A DNA stretch of 64,000 bases from Chiloscyllium plagiosum (lineage: Eukaryota), in NCBI RefSeq assembly GCF_004010195.1, contig NC_057718.1:27849974-27913973 (forward strand), read 5' to 3'. Position 1 is the stretch's first letter. Every line of letters starts with the position of its first letter. Below the pieces are notes generated by a model. The model saw nothing but the letters and a program-made list of their open reading frames with translations. It was not told the DNA's origin and did no database searches. Positions 24,746 through 38,465 of this stretch are shown here, piece after piece. Made by a program: the position numbers and the translations under genes.

Positions 24746-26872
24746 ATTGCTTAGCTCAATCCATTGCATGCTGCTTCTGCTGTTTGGCATAGAAGTAATC
24801 TTGTGTTGTAGCTTCATAAGGCTGACACTTTATTTTTAGGTATGCCAGGTGCTGTGCTAGCCATGCTCTTGTACTTTCTTCATTGAAAAGGTTAATCTCT
24901 TGGCTTGATGGCAATCATAGAATGAAGGATATGCCAGGCTATAAGGTTACAGATTCTGGTTGAATAACAATTCTGCTGCTACTGATGTCCTCTCGTATCT
25001 CATAGACACTAAATTTTGAGTCACTAAATCTATTTTGAATTCTGAATCTATTTTGAAAAGAAAGCTTTATGCAACATTGGAGGGCAAATCTCTAGCACGA
25101 GCTTGAAAGAAACTAGGCACATAGAATTATTGCCACAACTGCCTTCACACAATGCAGTGGTTATTGAGTTCTATGCATGGACTGCAACTCCAACAAGTGA
25201 TGGTTTTACTGAAGACCTCTGGTGAAACACATACATTTCTTAAGAGAGAGCATTAGCTGGAAACTGGCAGTGCTTGTGTCAAATCAGAACTGTACACTAA
25301 TCTGGCTGTTCTGTATGTGTGTACCAAGATGGCATCCAGGTGAACTTGGCATTACAAATATACATGTGATGTGGACACAGTCTTGGAACTCTGAGGGCAC
25401 TTGTAGGATCCAAAAATATAGTCACTACCAAACCCAATTTCTTACCCTTGCAGTTTCTGGCAGGGTTATTGAACATCGGGGAGGAATGACAATGTTGGCT
25501 CATTCTCATTTCCTAATCCAATTTTCCAGCTCCAATCTCAGCTCTGTTTAAGGTGAAATAACTCAGAACAGTACAAACTTGGAATCAAATTAAAGCCTAA
25601 GCTTAAGAACTTGTATCATTGTGAAAATGAATATAGATCAGACCGCATTATCCATGTGATAATTATAGCATCAACATATTTCTCCCTCTGGGCATTACAA
25701 AACCTGCTTACTAGTTCCATTAAAAATAAAGGTTCTGTAATTGACCCTTTGAGGAGTTACTCACCAGAAAACAAACTAAATTACAACTCTTGGAATATCC
25801 ATAAAGGTCAATGATTTATTCGAAGGGATTAAAGTAGCTTGATCCTTCAGACATCAGCTTCCAATCATTATATATCCTTTCATTTGTTCTTCAACTTGCC
25901 CTATATCTCTAACAGTGCATTAAAAACTATCCATATGGATGTGTGGCAAAGTGTGACATGATGGAATTGAAGACATAATAGTTACAAAATCAGTGAACTT
26001 TATCTCATCTAAACTTTTGCTGCACATATTCTATGCCTCATTAAATTTTGATCAGCCGTTTTCCCTGCTGTCCTTTATCTCCAAGGCCATTCAAATCCCG
26101 AATGGCACCAGTTTATAATAACTCCTCTGCATGTTTAAATCCCTTTTGGCTTCATCTCTCCCTTCAACCTTATTAACTCATTCCTTGCTGTTGCCCTCCA
26201 CAACCACTGTACCATTAGTGATTGTGCAGCATTGGATTCCCTTCCAAAAGTCCTTCTGTTGGTCCTCATTTTATGGTTCCTTAAGATCCAACTCTTTGAC
26301 CAAGCCCTTGTCCACTCCCAACATGCCAGAAGAGACTTTTCCAATTTAAATATGTTCTGTCACTGCACCATTCCATTGGGGTTGCTGGATATTAATCATG
26401 TCAGAGGATTTCAAAATGGTTTCATTTAAAATTTTTTGGTCTTCTTCTTGGCTTCCATCAAATTCCCTCAATCATAGTTCAGAAAAAAACTTGCACACAA
26501 TGCAAAAGATGCATTTATGTTATATTCAGCTGCTACGTTGTGATATGTAAACAAGGCTAATCTTTGGAAGAGATCAGATAGCTGATGGGATGGATCTGCT
26601 GGTTTTAAAATGGAGGAAAAGATTTTCAGATTCTGAAATTGGTGTTTGGGGTAGATATGTGATCCCAAATTAGTGACTGATGTAGTCATAGATCATTTTG
26701 AAGGGTGTAACTTGTATTTATCTTAATTACCAATAATAATAATTATTATTATAAATGACTTAATTCTCAGTAATCCTGGTTAATTGTTGCCTTTATTATC
26801 CAAGGAAGCAGAGGGAAATTAGTTAGTGAGTTTATCTTGTCTGCTTTCATCAGACAACTTAACTCTCTGGTG

Positions 26873-27185
26873 GGTGGCATGGTGGCACAGTGGTTAGCAC
26901 TGCTGCCTCACAGCACCAGAGACCCGGGTTCAATTCCCGCCTCAGGCGACTGACTGTGTGGAGTTTGCACGTTCTCCCCGTGTCTGCGTGGGTTTCCTCC
27001 GGGTGCTCCGGTTTTCTCCCACAGTCCAAAGATGTGCAGGTCAGGTGAATTGGCCATGCTAAATTGTCCGTAGTGTTAGGTAAGGGGTAAATGTAGGGGT
27101 ATGGGTGGGTTGCACTTCGGCGGGGCGGTGTGGACTTGTTGGGTCGAAGGGCCTGTTTCTACACTGTAAGTAATCTAATCTAACC
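26873..27185 (+). mobile_element. HE1-type SINE, full length
   Basis: tggcacagtggttag A-box, gggttcaattccc B-box, V-domain, CR1-like 3' end gaagggcctgtttc and (taatc)n tail. Confidence 0.95.
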
Positions 27186-27544
27186 TATTCATCCTGGGAC
27201 GAGAGAGTTGGTGTCAAATATATATAAACAAAAGCGTGACGTGATTAGCTGAAAACTGCACCTGTAATCGTGCTCCACTTCTCCACAAGTCTCCCTAGAA
27301 TGTATAAATGTATAAAATGCCAACGAGAACATCAATATGCCTGACAAACTGCTGCCCAGGACAAAAGCAGCTCCTGCCAGGTTTCTTTTGTAACAGTAAT
27401 TATATTACTCAATTTATTGTAACAGACTAAAAAGAGCTGTGGAAAGAAAAGGATATCTAATTTATACAACTACACCACTTCAAAACCACAAAACACACAC
27501 TCAATCATGATTAAGATAGAGAATTGTGGAAGAAATATTGTAGA

Positions 27545-30335
27545 CAGGGTAAAAGAGGGGGCAGATGAGGAGGGAGAATGGCATTTTTGTTAGGGATAAC
27601 ATTATAGCTGTAATTAGGGAGAATATTCCAGGGAATTCATCCAGTGACGTTATGTGAGTGAAACTGAGAAATAAGAAGGGGTGACCATCTCACTGGGTTT
27701 ATACAATAGGCCCTACAGTGGGCAGCGGGAAATTGAGAAGCAAATTTGTTAGGAGATCTCAGATATTGGTAAGAATGATAGGGTTGTAATGGTAGGAGTT
27801 TTTAACTAGGTAGGGGAGAAAAACTTGACCTTCTCTTGGGAAATAAGGCAGGGCAATTGATTGAGGTATCAGTGGGGGAGCAGTTTGGGGCCAGTGATCA
27901 TAATTCTATTAGTTCTAAAATAGTTACAGAAAAGGATAAACCTGATCTGAAGGATAAAGTTCTAAATTGAAGTAAGGCCAATTTTGAGAGTGTGAGACAA
28001 GAACTATTAAAAGTTGCTTGGGAGAGGCTATGCGCAGGTAAAAAGATGGTTGGAAAGTCTGAGGCCTTCAAAAGTGAGATAACGAGAGTCATGAGGCAAT
28101 GTGTTCCTGTTCGGGTGAAGGGCAAGGCTGGTAGTTGTAGGGAATGCTGGTTGACTAGAGAATTGGGGCTCTGGTCAAGCAAAAGAAAGGGGGATATCGC
28201 AGGTATAGACAGCTGGGATGAGGTGAATCCCTCGAGGAGTATAAGGGCAGTAGGAGTATACTCAAGAGGGAAATCAGGAGGGCAAAAAGGGGATGTGAAA
28301 TAGCTTTGGCAAATAGGGCTAAGGAGAATCCAAAGAGATTTTATGAATGTATTAAGGGTATAAGTGTAACTAAGGAGAGAATAGGGCCTCTTAAAGATCA
28401 ACAAGGCTGCCTATGTATGGAACCGCAAGAGATGGGTGAGATAATAAATGAGTATTTTGAATTGGTATTTATTGTGGAGAAGGATATGGAAGCCAGAGAA
28501 ATTGGAAAAATAAATGGTGAGATCTTGAAAAGTGCCCATATTACAGAGGAGGAGGTGCTGGACATCTTAAAACATGGAACGATGGATAAATCACTGGGAA
28601 CTGATCAGGTGCATCCCAGAACTTTGTGGGAAGCTAGGGAAGTGATTGCTGGGCCCCTTGCTGAGACATTGTATCATTGATAGCCACAGACAAACTGCTG
28701 GAAGATTGGATGGTGGCTAATGGGGTGCCATTGTTTAAGAAAGATGGTAAGCCTGACGTCAGGGGTGGGCAAGTTGTTGGAGGGGATTCTGATGGACAGA
28801 ATTTACATGTATTTGAAAAGGCAAGTACTCATTAGGGATAGTTAACATGGCTTTATGCATGGCAAATCATGTCTCACTAATATGGTTGAATTTTTTGATG
28901 AAGTGACAAAGAGGAGTGATGAAAGCAGAGTGATGGATGTTGTCTATATGGACTTCAGTAAGGCGATCAATAAGGTTCCACTTGGTAGACTGGTTAGCAA
29001 TGTTAGATCACATGGAATCCAGAGAGAGCTAGCCATTTTGACACAAAATTGGCTTGAAGGTAGGAGACAGAGAGTGGTGGTGGAAGGTTGTTTTTTGGAC
29101 TGGTGGCCTGTGACCAGCGATGTGCTCCAAAGATTGGTACATGGTCCACTGCTTTTTATCATTTATATGAATGATTTGGATGTGAATATAGGAGGAATAG
29201 TTAGTAAGTTTTCCAATGACACTAAAATTGATGGTGTGGTGGAAAGAGAAGAAAGTTATCTCAGAGTACAATGGTACTTTGACCAAATGGGCTATTGGGC
29301 TGAGGAGTGGCAGATAGAGTTTAAATTAGATAAATGTGTTGCATTTTGGTAAGGCAAACCAGGTCAGGACTTGTACATTTAATGGTAGGGTATTGGGGAG
29401 TGTTGCCAAACAGAGACCTAGGTGTGGCTGCCTTGTACCTTGAAAGTGGAATCACAGGTAGACAGGGTGGTGAAGAAGGCGTTGGCAGGCTTACCTTTAT
29501 CGGTTAGAGCATTGAGTATAGGAGTTGGGATGTCACGTTGCGTCTGTACAGAACTTTGATGAAACCACTTTAGGAATCCTGCATTCAGTTCTGGTCTCCC
29601 TGCTACAGGAAAGGTTTTGTTAAACATGAAAGGGTTCAGAAAAGATTTACAAGGATAGTGCCAGGGCTGAAGACTTTGAGCTATACGGAGAGGCTGAATA
29701 AACTGGGACTATTTTCCCTGGAACATCGGAGGCTGAGGGGTGACCTTATAGAGACTTATAAAATCATGAAGGGCATGGATAGGGTGAAAAGCATAGGTCT
29801 TTTCCCCAAGGTAGGGGAACTCAAAACTTGACAGCTTGGGTTTAAGGTGAGAGGAGAAAGAATTAAAAGGGACTTAAGGGGCAATGTTTTCATGCAGATG
29901 TGGTGCATGCATGGAATGAGCTGGCAGAGGAAGTAGTGGAGGTGGGTATAACTGCGTCATTGAAAAGACACCTCGATGGGTACATGAATATGAAGAGTTT
30001 AGAGGGGTATGGGCCAAATGCTGGCAAATGGGACTGGATAAGTTAGGATATCTGGTTGGCATGGACGAGTTGGACCACAGGGTCTGTTTCCGTGCTGTAC
30101 AACTGTATGATCACGCAGAGGTGGTACGTGTATGGAATGAGCTGCCAGAGGAAGTGGTGGACGCTGGTATAGTTGCAACATTTAAAAGGCATTTGGATGG
30201 GTATATGAATAGGAAGGGTTTAGAGGGATATTGGCCGGGTACTGGCAGATGGGACTAGATTGGGTTGGGATATCTGGTTGGCATGGACGGGTTGGACCGA
30301 AGGGTCTGTTTCCGTGCTGTACATATCTATGACTC
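27545..30335 (+). mobile_element. CR1 LINE ORF2 (endonuclease end and RT), decayed, with a second 3' end at 30113-30335
   Basis: KENPKRFY, KSCLTNMVEFF, DVVYMDFSKA, IYMNDLD, SKFSNDTK peptides; many stops; two successive 3' UTRs. Confidence 0.93.
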
Positions 30336-30391
30336 AATAAATCTATAACAAAACTCTGAATGTCATAAGTGCAGAATATAATGTGGAAAGT

Positions 30392-30928
30392 TAAAAATCA
30401 CACAACACCAGGTTATAGTCCAACAGGTTTATTTGAAAGCACTAGCTTTCGTAGCGCTGCTCCTTCATCAGGTGATTGTGGAGAATAAGATTGTAAGGCA
30501 CAGAATTTATAGCAAAAGTTTACAGTGTGATGTAATTGAAATTATGTATTGAAAAAGCCTGGATTGTTTGTTATGCCTCTCATCTTTTAGAATGGCCATG
30601 TTGGTTTCAGTTCTCTCATATGTAAATCGCAAAACTTTTTTTAAAAGTTACATTCTCAATAACTTATCTGGGCCGACATGACACCAATTCTTAAAGTTCA
30701 CTTGAGAATGAAACTTTTAAAAAAAGTTTTGTGATTTACATATGAAAGAACTGAAACCACATTGTCATTCTAAAAGATGAGAGACATAAAAACAATCCAG
30801 GTCTTTTTCAATATATAACTTCAGTTACATCACAGCCAGTGCTTCCAAATAAATCTGTTGCACCATAACCTGGTGCTGTGTGATTTTTAACTTTGTACAC
30901 CCCAGTCTAACACTGGCATCTTCAAATC
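30392..30928. mobile_element. Palindromic non-coding PLE derivative with 14-bp flanking direct repeat
   Basis: ataatgtggaaagt at 30378-30391 and 30929-30942; inverted arms; hammerhead motif on the minus strand at 30440-30474. Confidence 0.88.
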
Positions 30929-31659
30929 ATAATGTGGAAAGTCTCTCTCTGTCTTTTTTTGCAATGATGAGATGTCTTCATGATGGTGGTCATCCTTTGA
31001 TTCGATGGTTGATTGGTTGAACGTAGGTGTTCTCTTGCATGAATTCTTTTCAGCAAACTGTCTTGGGTTTTTGTTTGTCTTTTTCCACATACACACATGT
31101 ACTTACGCACACACACTATCTGAAGGCTCCAGATGTTTTCATACTTTGCTGCTTTTGAGACTTAGCTTTTATAATACTCAGCAGCTCAGCCAATCATAGG
31201 GCTGGTACTAGACAGATTTTCCTCAACTCAAACGTTTGTTTGTGCTGTTCAGTCTAGAATTCTCCCACTGCTTGCTTTCAAAAAGCAACATCGGTCCAGA
31301 TTTTTCACTGCCAGTCGCTATTCCAATGTAGAGAGGAGTTGTGGGTTGAGACCTGTGGAATCTGAATCAGCACATTCTAAATGAATGTTCCCCTGGGTAA
31401 TTCCTCCATGTCTGGAAACTTCTGAAAGTTTCCATTTAAATCAGAGACTTTCAAGGGTTCTGTTGAAATTATGTAGTGACTCAGATAAGGCCAGATTATT
31501 ATATACATTGTCTACCTCTTGAATAAGTATTCAGTGGGCCTCACAATTACCTCACACACTCACAACTACACCAGTTCCAGACCCTTACATGCCACTGGAC
31601 CTGACCCCTTGTGATTGACACTTCCCACCCCACTCCTAGACCCAACACAATTACTCGCA

Positions 31660-32005
31660 CAGGAGATGACGGCCTAGTGGTATTGTCACTGGACTGTTAA
31701 TCTGGAGATTCAGGTAATATTCTGGGGACTCAAATTTGAAAACTGACACGAAGGATGGTGGAATTTGCATTCAATGGGAATTAAGAGTCCAGCGATGACT
31801 ATGAATCTGTTGTTGAGTGTCAGGTGAAATGCATCTGGTTCACTAATGTACTTTAGGGAAGTAAACTGGTGTCTTTACCCAGTCTGACCTACATATGAAT
31901 CCAGACCCAGAGCAATGTGGTTGACTCTTAACTGCCTTCTGGGCAATTAGGGATAGGAAAAAATGTTGGCCGAGATAGTGACCCCCTCATCCTCTAAAAG
32001 AAACA
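31660..32005 (+). mobile_element. Second SINE family
   Basis: ggcctagtggtattgtcactggac head and agcaatgtggttgactcttaactgc body, shared with 49905. Confidence 0.8.
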
Positions 32006-34271
32006 AATATTTACAACCTGTCTAAATCTCTGGTCATGTCCATTTACAGGTTCACAATGGTTTAAAGCATTGTGAAATCTTAGTCCATTACCCCTTGAGG
32101 AACATTCTATTTTATTGTTGGAAAGTATTTAGTGTTGGTTATAATGAATGGCACACAATTGAAATAAATTCTTTCAAATTATTTGTGAATGTCATTAGAA
32201 CCTTGACTTCGATCTAAAGCCACTGTTTGCATCAAGTTTCCTGAACATTTTACCCTTAGATAATTTTGCTAAACTTTTATTTACACAGGACAGTAGATGA
32301 ATTTTTCTTGCTACTACTTTATTCAGTTGGGTCAAGTCGACACAAGTACGAAGGATCGATTTGGCAAAGAAACAGGAACCATGCTTGAACACCACTCTTT
32401 GAACATAGAACATAGAACAGTACAGCAGAGTACAGGCCCCATTGGCCCATGATGTTGTGCCGAGCATTTTTCTTAATGTAAGATCAACCTAATCTATATA
32501 CCCGTTAATTTACTGCCATCCATGTGCTTGTCCTGCAGTCACTTAAATGTCTCCAATGTCGCTGACTCTACTACCACCGCTGGCAGTGCATTCCACACAC
32601 CCACCACTCTCTGTGTAAAGAAGCTACCTGTGACATCTCCCCATACCTTCCTCCAATCACCTTAAAATTATGATGCCTCATGACAGCCATTTCTGCCCTG
32701 GGGAAATGTCTCTGGCTATCTACTCTATCTATGCCTCTCATTACCTTGTACACCTCTATCAAGTCACCTCTCTTGCTTCTCTCCAGTGTGAAAAGCCTGA
32801 GCTCACTTGATTTCTCTTCATAAGACAAGCCCTCCAATCCAGGCAGCATCTGGTAAATCTCCTCTGCACCCTTTCTCTGAAGAATCTGTATCCTTCACAT
32901 AATGAGGCAACCAGAATTGGACACAATATTCCAAGTGTGGTCTAAGCAGAGTTTTGTAGAGCTGTAGCAAAACCTCACAGCTTTAAACGCAATTCCCCTG
33001 TTAATGAAAGCCAATACGCCATATGCCTTCTTAACATACTGTCAACATGGGTGGCAACTTTGAGAGATCGATGTACATAGATCCCGCTGTTCCTCCACAC
33101 TGCCAAGAAACCTGTCTTTAACCCAGTATTCAGCAGTCAAATTCAACCTTCCAAAATGAATCACTTTGCACTTGTAGAGGTTGAACTTCATCTGCCACTT
33201 CTTAGCCTAGCTCTGCATCCTGTCAATGTCTTGTTGTAGCCTGCAGCAGCCTTCGACAGTACCTACAATACCACTGACCTTTGTGTCATCAGCAAACCTA
33301 TGAACCCACCCTTCCACATCTTCATCCAGCCAACTGTGGGGAATCTTATCAGATGCCTTACTGGAATCCATATACACTACATCCACTGCTCAATCTTCAT
33401 CAGCTTGTCTCATCATGTCTTCAAAGAACTCGATAAGGATTGTGAGGCATGACCTGCCCCTCACAAAGCCATGCTGACTATCTTTAATCAAACTATGCTT
33501 TTCCAAATAGTCATAAATCCTATCTCTCAGAATCCTTTCCAGCACCTTGTTTACCTCAGGGAAAAGACCCTGGTCTGTAATTCCCAGGGATTTCCGAATT
33601 TCTTTTCTTGAACAGAGGAACAACATTCGCCTCCCTCCAATCAGCTGGTATATCTCCCGTGAGAGTGAGGATGCAAAGATCATCACCAGAGGCGCACCAA
33701 CCTCATTCCTCAATATCCGTAGCAACCTTGGATATATCTAGCCTGGCTCTGGGAACTTATCTATCTTGATAGTTCCCAGAATTTCCAGCACATCCACTTC
33801 CTTAATATCAGTCTGTTCCCCTCTATTAACTTGGTGCACGGTGTTCTCACTATCAACAAGGTCCCTCTCTCTAGTGAATACTGAGGCAAAAAAAAAATTT
33901 AGGCTCTCCCCTACCTCTTCAGACTACAGGCACAAGTTCCCTCCACTATCCCTGATCGGCCCTACCCACTCTCTGATCATTTTCCTATTCTTCACGTAGA
34001 ATGCCTTTGGGTTTTCTCGAATCCTTCCTACCAAGGTTTTTTTGTGCCCCTTCCTAGCTCTCCTCTGTAAATTTTTGAGTTCTTTTCTAGCCACCCTGTA
34101 ATCCTCTAAAGCTGTGCCAGATCCTTGCTTCCTCAACCTTTCTTCTTCTTTTTGATGAGAAGCTCCTCTGTTCTTGTCATCCATGGCCCCTCCACCTTAT
34201 CATTCCTTGCCTGTCTCAGTGGGACAAAGTTATCCAACACTCACAACAAGTGCTCCTTAAACAGTCTTCAC

Positions 34272-37200
34272 ATAGAGTCATAGAGTCACAGAGATGTACA
34301 GCACAGCCCCTCATGATTTTAAAAACCTCTTTAAAGTCACCCCTCAGCCTCTGGTGCTCCAGGGAAAACAGCCCCACCCTATTCAACCTCTCCCGATAGC
34401 TCAAATCCTCCAACCCTGGCAACATCCTTGTAAATCTTTTCTGAACCCGTTCAAGTTTCACAACATCTTTCCAATAGGAAGGAGACAAGAATTGCACACA
34501 ATATTCCAACAGTGGCCAAACCAATGTCCTATACAGCCGCAACATGACCTCCCAACTCCTGTACTCAATACTCTGACCAATAAAGGGAAGTATACCAAAC
34601 GCCTTCTTCACTATCCTATCTACCTGCCACTCCACTTTTAAGGAGCTATGAACCTGCACTTCAAGGTCTCTTTGTTCCACAACACTCCTTAGGACCTTAC
34701 CATTAAGTGTATAAATCCTGCTAAGATTTGCTTTCCCAAAATGCAGCACCTCACATTTACCCAAATTAAGCTCCATCTGCCACTTCCCAGCCCATTGGCC
34801 CATCTGGTCAAAATCCTGTTGTAATCTGAGTTAACCTTCTTCATTGTCCACTATACCTCCAATTTGGGTGTCATCAGCAAACTTACTAACAATACCTCTT
34901 ATGCTCACATCCAAATCATTGATGTAAATGACAAAAAGTAGTGGACCCAGCACCAATCCTTGTGGCATTCCAATGGTCACAGGCCTCCAATCTGAAAAAC
35001 AACCCGCCACTACCACTCTCTGTCTTCTACCTTTGAGCCAGTTCTGCATTCAAATGGCTAGTTCTCCCTGTATTCCATGAGAGCTAACCTTGCTCACCAG
35101 TCTCCCATGGGGAACCTTGTCGAACGCCTTACTGAAGTCCATATAGATCATATCTACTGCTCTGCCCATCATCAATCCTCTTTGTAACTTCTTCAAAAAA
35201 CTCAATCAAGTTTGTGAGACATGATTTCTCATGCATAAAGCTATGTTGACTATCCCTATTAGTCCTTGTCTTTCCAAATACATGTACATCCTGTCCCTCA
35301 GGATTTCCTCCAACAACTTGCCCACCACCGACATCAGGCTCACTGGTCTGTAGTTTCCTGGCTTGTCTGTACCACCTTTCCTAAACAGTGGTACCACGTT
35401 AGCCAATCTCCAGTCTTCTGGCACCTCACCTGTGACGATCGATGATACAAATATCTCAGTAAGAGGCCCAGCAATCACTTCACTAGTTTCCCACAGAGTT
35501 CTAGGATACACCCGATCAGGTCCTGGGGATTTAACCACCTATATGCGTTTCAAGACATCCAATACTTCCTCCTCTGTAATATGGACATTTCCAAGATGTC
35601 ATCATCTATTTCCCTACATTCTATATCTTCCATGTCCTTTTCCACAGTAAACCCTGATGCAAAATATTCATTTAGTAACTCCCCCATTTTTTATGGCTCC
35701 ACACAAAGGCCGCCTTGCTGATCTTTGAGGGACCCTATTCACTCCTTAGTTACCCTTTTGTCCTTAATGTATTTGTAAAATCCTTTGGAGTCTCCTTAAC
35801 TCTATTTGCCAAAGCTATCTCATGTCCCCTTTTTGCCCTCCTGATTTCCCTCTTAAGTATATACCTACTGCCTTTATACTCTTCTAAGGATTCACTCAAT
35901 CTATCCTGTCTATACCTGATATATGCTTCCTTCTATTTCTTAACCAAACCCTCAATCTCTTTAGTCATCCAGCATTCCCTATACCTACTAGCCTTTCCTT
36001 TCACCTTAACAGGAATATACTTTCTCTGGATTCTCATTATCTCATTTCTGAAGGCTCCCCATTTTCCAGCCATCCCTTTACCTGCGAACATCTGCCCCCA
36101 ATCAGCTTTTGAAAGTTCTTGCCTAATACCATCAAAATTGGCCTTNNNNNNNNNNNNNNNNNNNNNNNNNNNNNNNNNNNNNNNNNNNNNNNNNNNNNNN
36201 NNNNNNNNNNNNNNNNNNNNNNNNNNNNNNNNNNNNNNNNNNNNNNNNNNNNNNNNNNNNNNNNNNNNNNNNNNNNNNNNNNNNNNNNNNNNNNNNNNNN
36301 NNNNNNNNNNNNNNNNNNNNNNNNNNNNNNNNNNNNNNNNNNNNNNNNNNNNNNNNNNNNNNNNNNNNNNNNNNNNNNNNNNNNNNNNNNNNNNNNNNNN
36401 NNNNNNNNNNNNNNNNNATCCTTTTCCATCACTATTTTAAAACTAATAGAATTATGGTCGCTGGCCCCAAAGTGCTCCCCCAATGACACATCAGTCATCT
36501 GTCCTCCCTTATTTCCCAAGAGTAGGTCAAGTTTTGCACCTTCTCTAGTAGGTACATCCACATACTGAATCAGAAAATTTTCTTGTACACACTTAACAAA
36601 TTCTTCTCCATTTAAACCCCTAACACTATGGCAGTCCCAGTCAATGTTTGGAAAGTTAAAATCCCTTACCATAGCCACCCAATTATTCTTACAGATAACT
36701 GAGATCTCCTTACAAATTTGTTTCTCAATTACCCTCTGACTATTAGGGGGTCTATAATATAATCCCAATAAAGTGATCATTCTTTTCTTATTTCTCAGTT
36801 CCACCCAAGTAACTTCCCTCGATGTATTTCCGTGAATATCCTCCCTCAGTACAGCTGTAACGCTATCCCTTATCAAAAATGCCACTCCCCCTCCTCTCTT
36901 GCCTCCCTTTCTGTTCTTCCTGTGGCATTTGTATCCTGGGATATTAAGCTGCCAGTCCTGCCCATCCCTAAGCCATGTTTCTGTAATTGCTATATATCCC
37001 AGTCCCATGTTCCTAACCATGCCCTGAGTTCATCTGCCTTCCCTGTTATGCCTCTTGCATTGAAATAAATGCAGATTAATTTATCAGTCCTGCCTTGTTC
37101 TCCGCTTTGTCCCTGCCTGACCTGACTGTTTGACATGCCTTTGTTCTCAACTGTCTCAGGTTGATCTCTTTCTTCACTGTCTCCCTGGGTCCCAGCCCGC

Positions 37201-37535
37201 CACCTTACTAGTTTAAATACTCCAGGGCAGCTCTAGCAAATTTCCCTGCCAGTATTTTAGACTCCTTCCAATTTAGGTGCAATCTGTCCTTCTTGTACAG
37301 GCCACTTCTACCCCAAAACAGCTTCCAATGATCCAAAAATGAGAATCCTTCTCCCATACACCAGCTCCTCAGTTATGCATTCATCTGCTCTATCCTCCTA
37401 TTCTTGCCCTCACTAACTCGGAGCACCGGGAGTAATTTGGATATTACTACTCTTGAGGACCTTCTTTTTAACTTCCTGCCTAACTCTCTGTAATCTCCCT
37501 TCAGAATCTCAACCTTTTCCCTTCCTATGTCGTTC
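34272..37535 (-). mobile_element. CR1 subfamily A, near-complete ORF2 (APE endonuclease and RT) plus upstream sequence; spans the assembly gap
   Basis: IAITETWL, GGGVA, YYRPP, DFNFP, LDLLL and SDHN endonuclease motifs; [22 protein letters not shown] and KFADD; 3' region internally deleted near 34306. Confidence 0.93.
36146..36417. other. Assembly gap (272 N)
   Basis: Run of N characters. Confidence 1.
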
Positions 37536-38281
37536 TTCTGTTATACTCCACAGCTCCTGTCTAATAGCAGTATAATTTCCCCTCCCCCAATTAAATACCT
37601 TCCCATATTGTCTGCTCCTATCTCTCTCCATGGGTATGAAAGGTGAGACAGTTGTAGTCACTGTCACCGAAATGCTCTCCCAACGAGCAATCTGACACCT
37701 GGCCTGGCTCATTGCCTAGCACCAAATCCAATGTGGCTTCTCCCCTAGTCAGCCTATGTACATATTGATCAGGAGTCCCCCGGACACATCTGACAAAATC
37801 GGCTCCATCCAGACCATCTGCACTAAGGAGGTTCCAATCTATATTGGGGAAGTTGAAGTCATTAATAAAAACAACTCTGTTACATCTGCACCTTTCCAAG
37901 ATCTGCTGTCCAGTCTGGTTTTCCATCTCTCTGCTGATATTGGGGGGATCTATAGAAAGTGACTTCTCCTTTCCTGTTACTGACCTCCACTGACTCAGTA
38001 GACAAACCCTCCTCAACAACCTTCTTTTCTGCAGCTGTGATGCACTCTCTAATTAACAATGCTACCCCCCACCCCTCTCTTTTACCCTCTTCCATGTTCT
38101 TTTTAAAAGATCTAAACCCTGGAATATCCAGCAACCATTCCTGCCCCTGTGAAATCCATGTTTCCGTTTGGTCTCATAACTGGAGAAATTACTCCGATTC
38201 TGGTCATCTCTTCCAGTTGAACTTCAACTGGCTTAATTTGTGGGTATGGTATTTTCCTGGGCATAAAGAGACATGCAACAT

Positions 38282-38465
38282 AATTTAAATTTAAATGTTG
38301 ATCTTGCTGTTTGTGCACCTTCTTGTAGCTGTAACATTGTTGTCATTGCTCTGTCTGATTTATGCACTTTGTATGGTATGATCTGCCTATACTGCGCACA
38401 AAACAAACATTTTCACTGTACCTAGGCACATATAACAATGATAAATCAAATAAAATCAAATCAGA
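38282..38465 (+). mobile_element. Rex1-like 3' UTR fragment
   Basis: Matches 43420-43605 (aatgttgatcttgct...ttttcactgtac...aaatcaaat tail). Confidence 0.7.

Larger units (their letters stand above)
32402..38162 (-). mobile_element. CR1 subfamily B ((gaacata)n tail), in two pieces (32402-34271 and 37536-38162)
   Basis: DSQHGFVRGRSCLT, RENPKAFY, DFNFPNIDW and LGEHFGDSD peptides; a tail repeat distinct from subfamily A. Confidence 0.88.

Noticed and set aside
26873..26950. tRNA genes
   Set aside because: The A/B boxes are SINE heads that continue into SINE bodies; no complete cloverleaf.
35715..37020. ORFs of 241, 327 and 149 aa
   Set aside because: Lengths are inflated by the N gap; the real part is CR1 endonuclease or its antisense.
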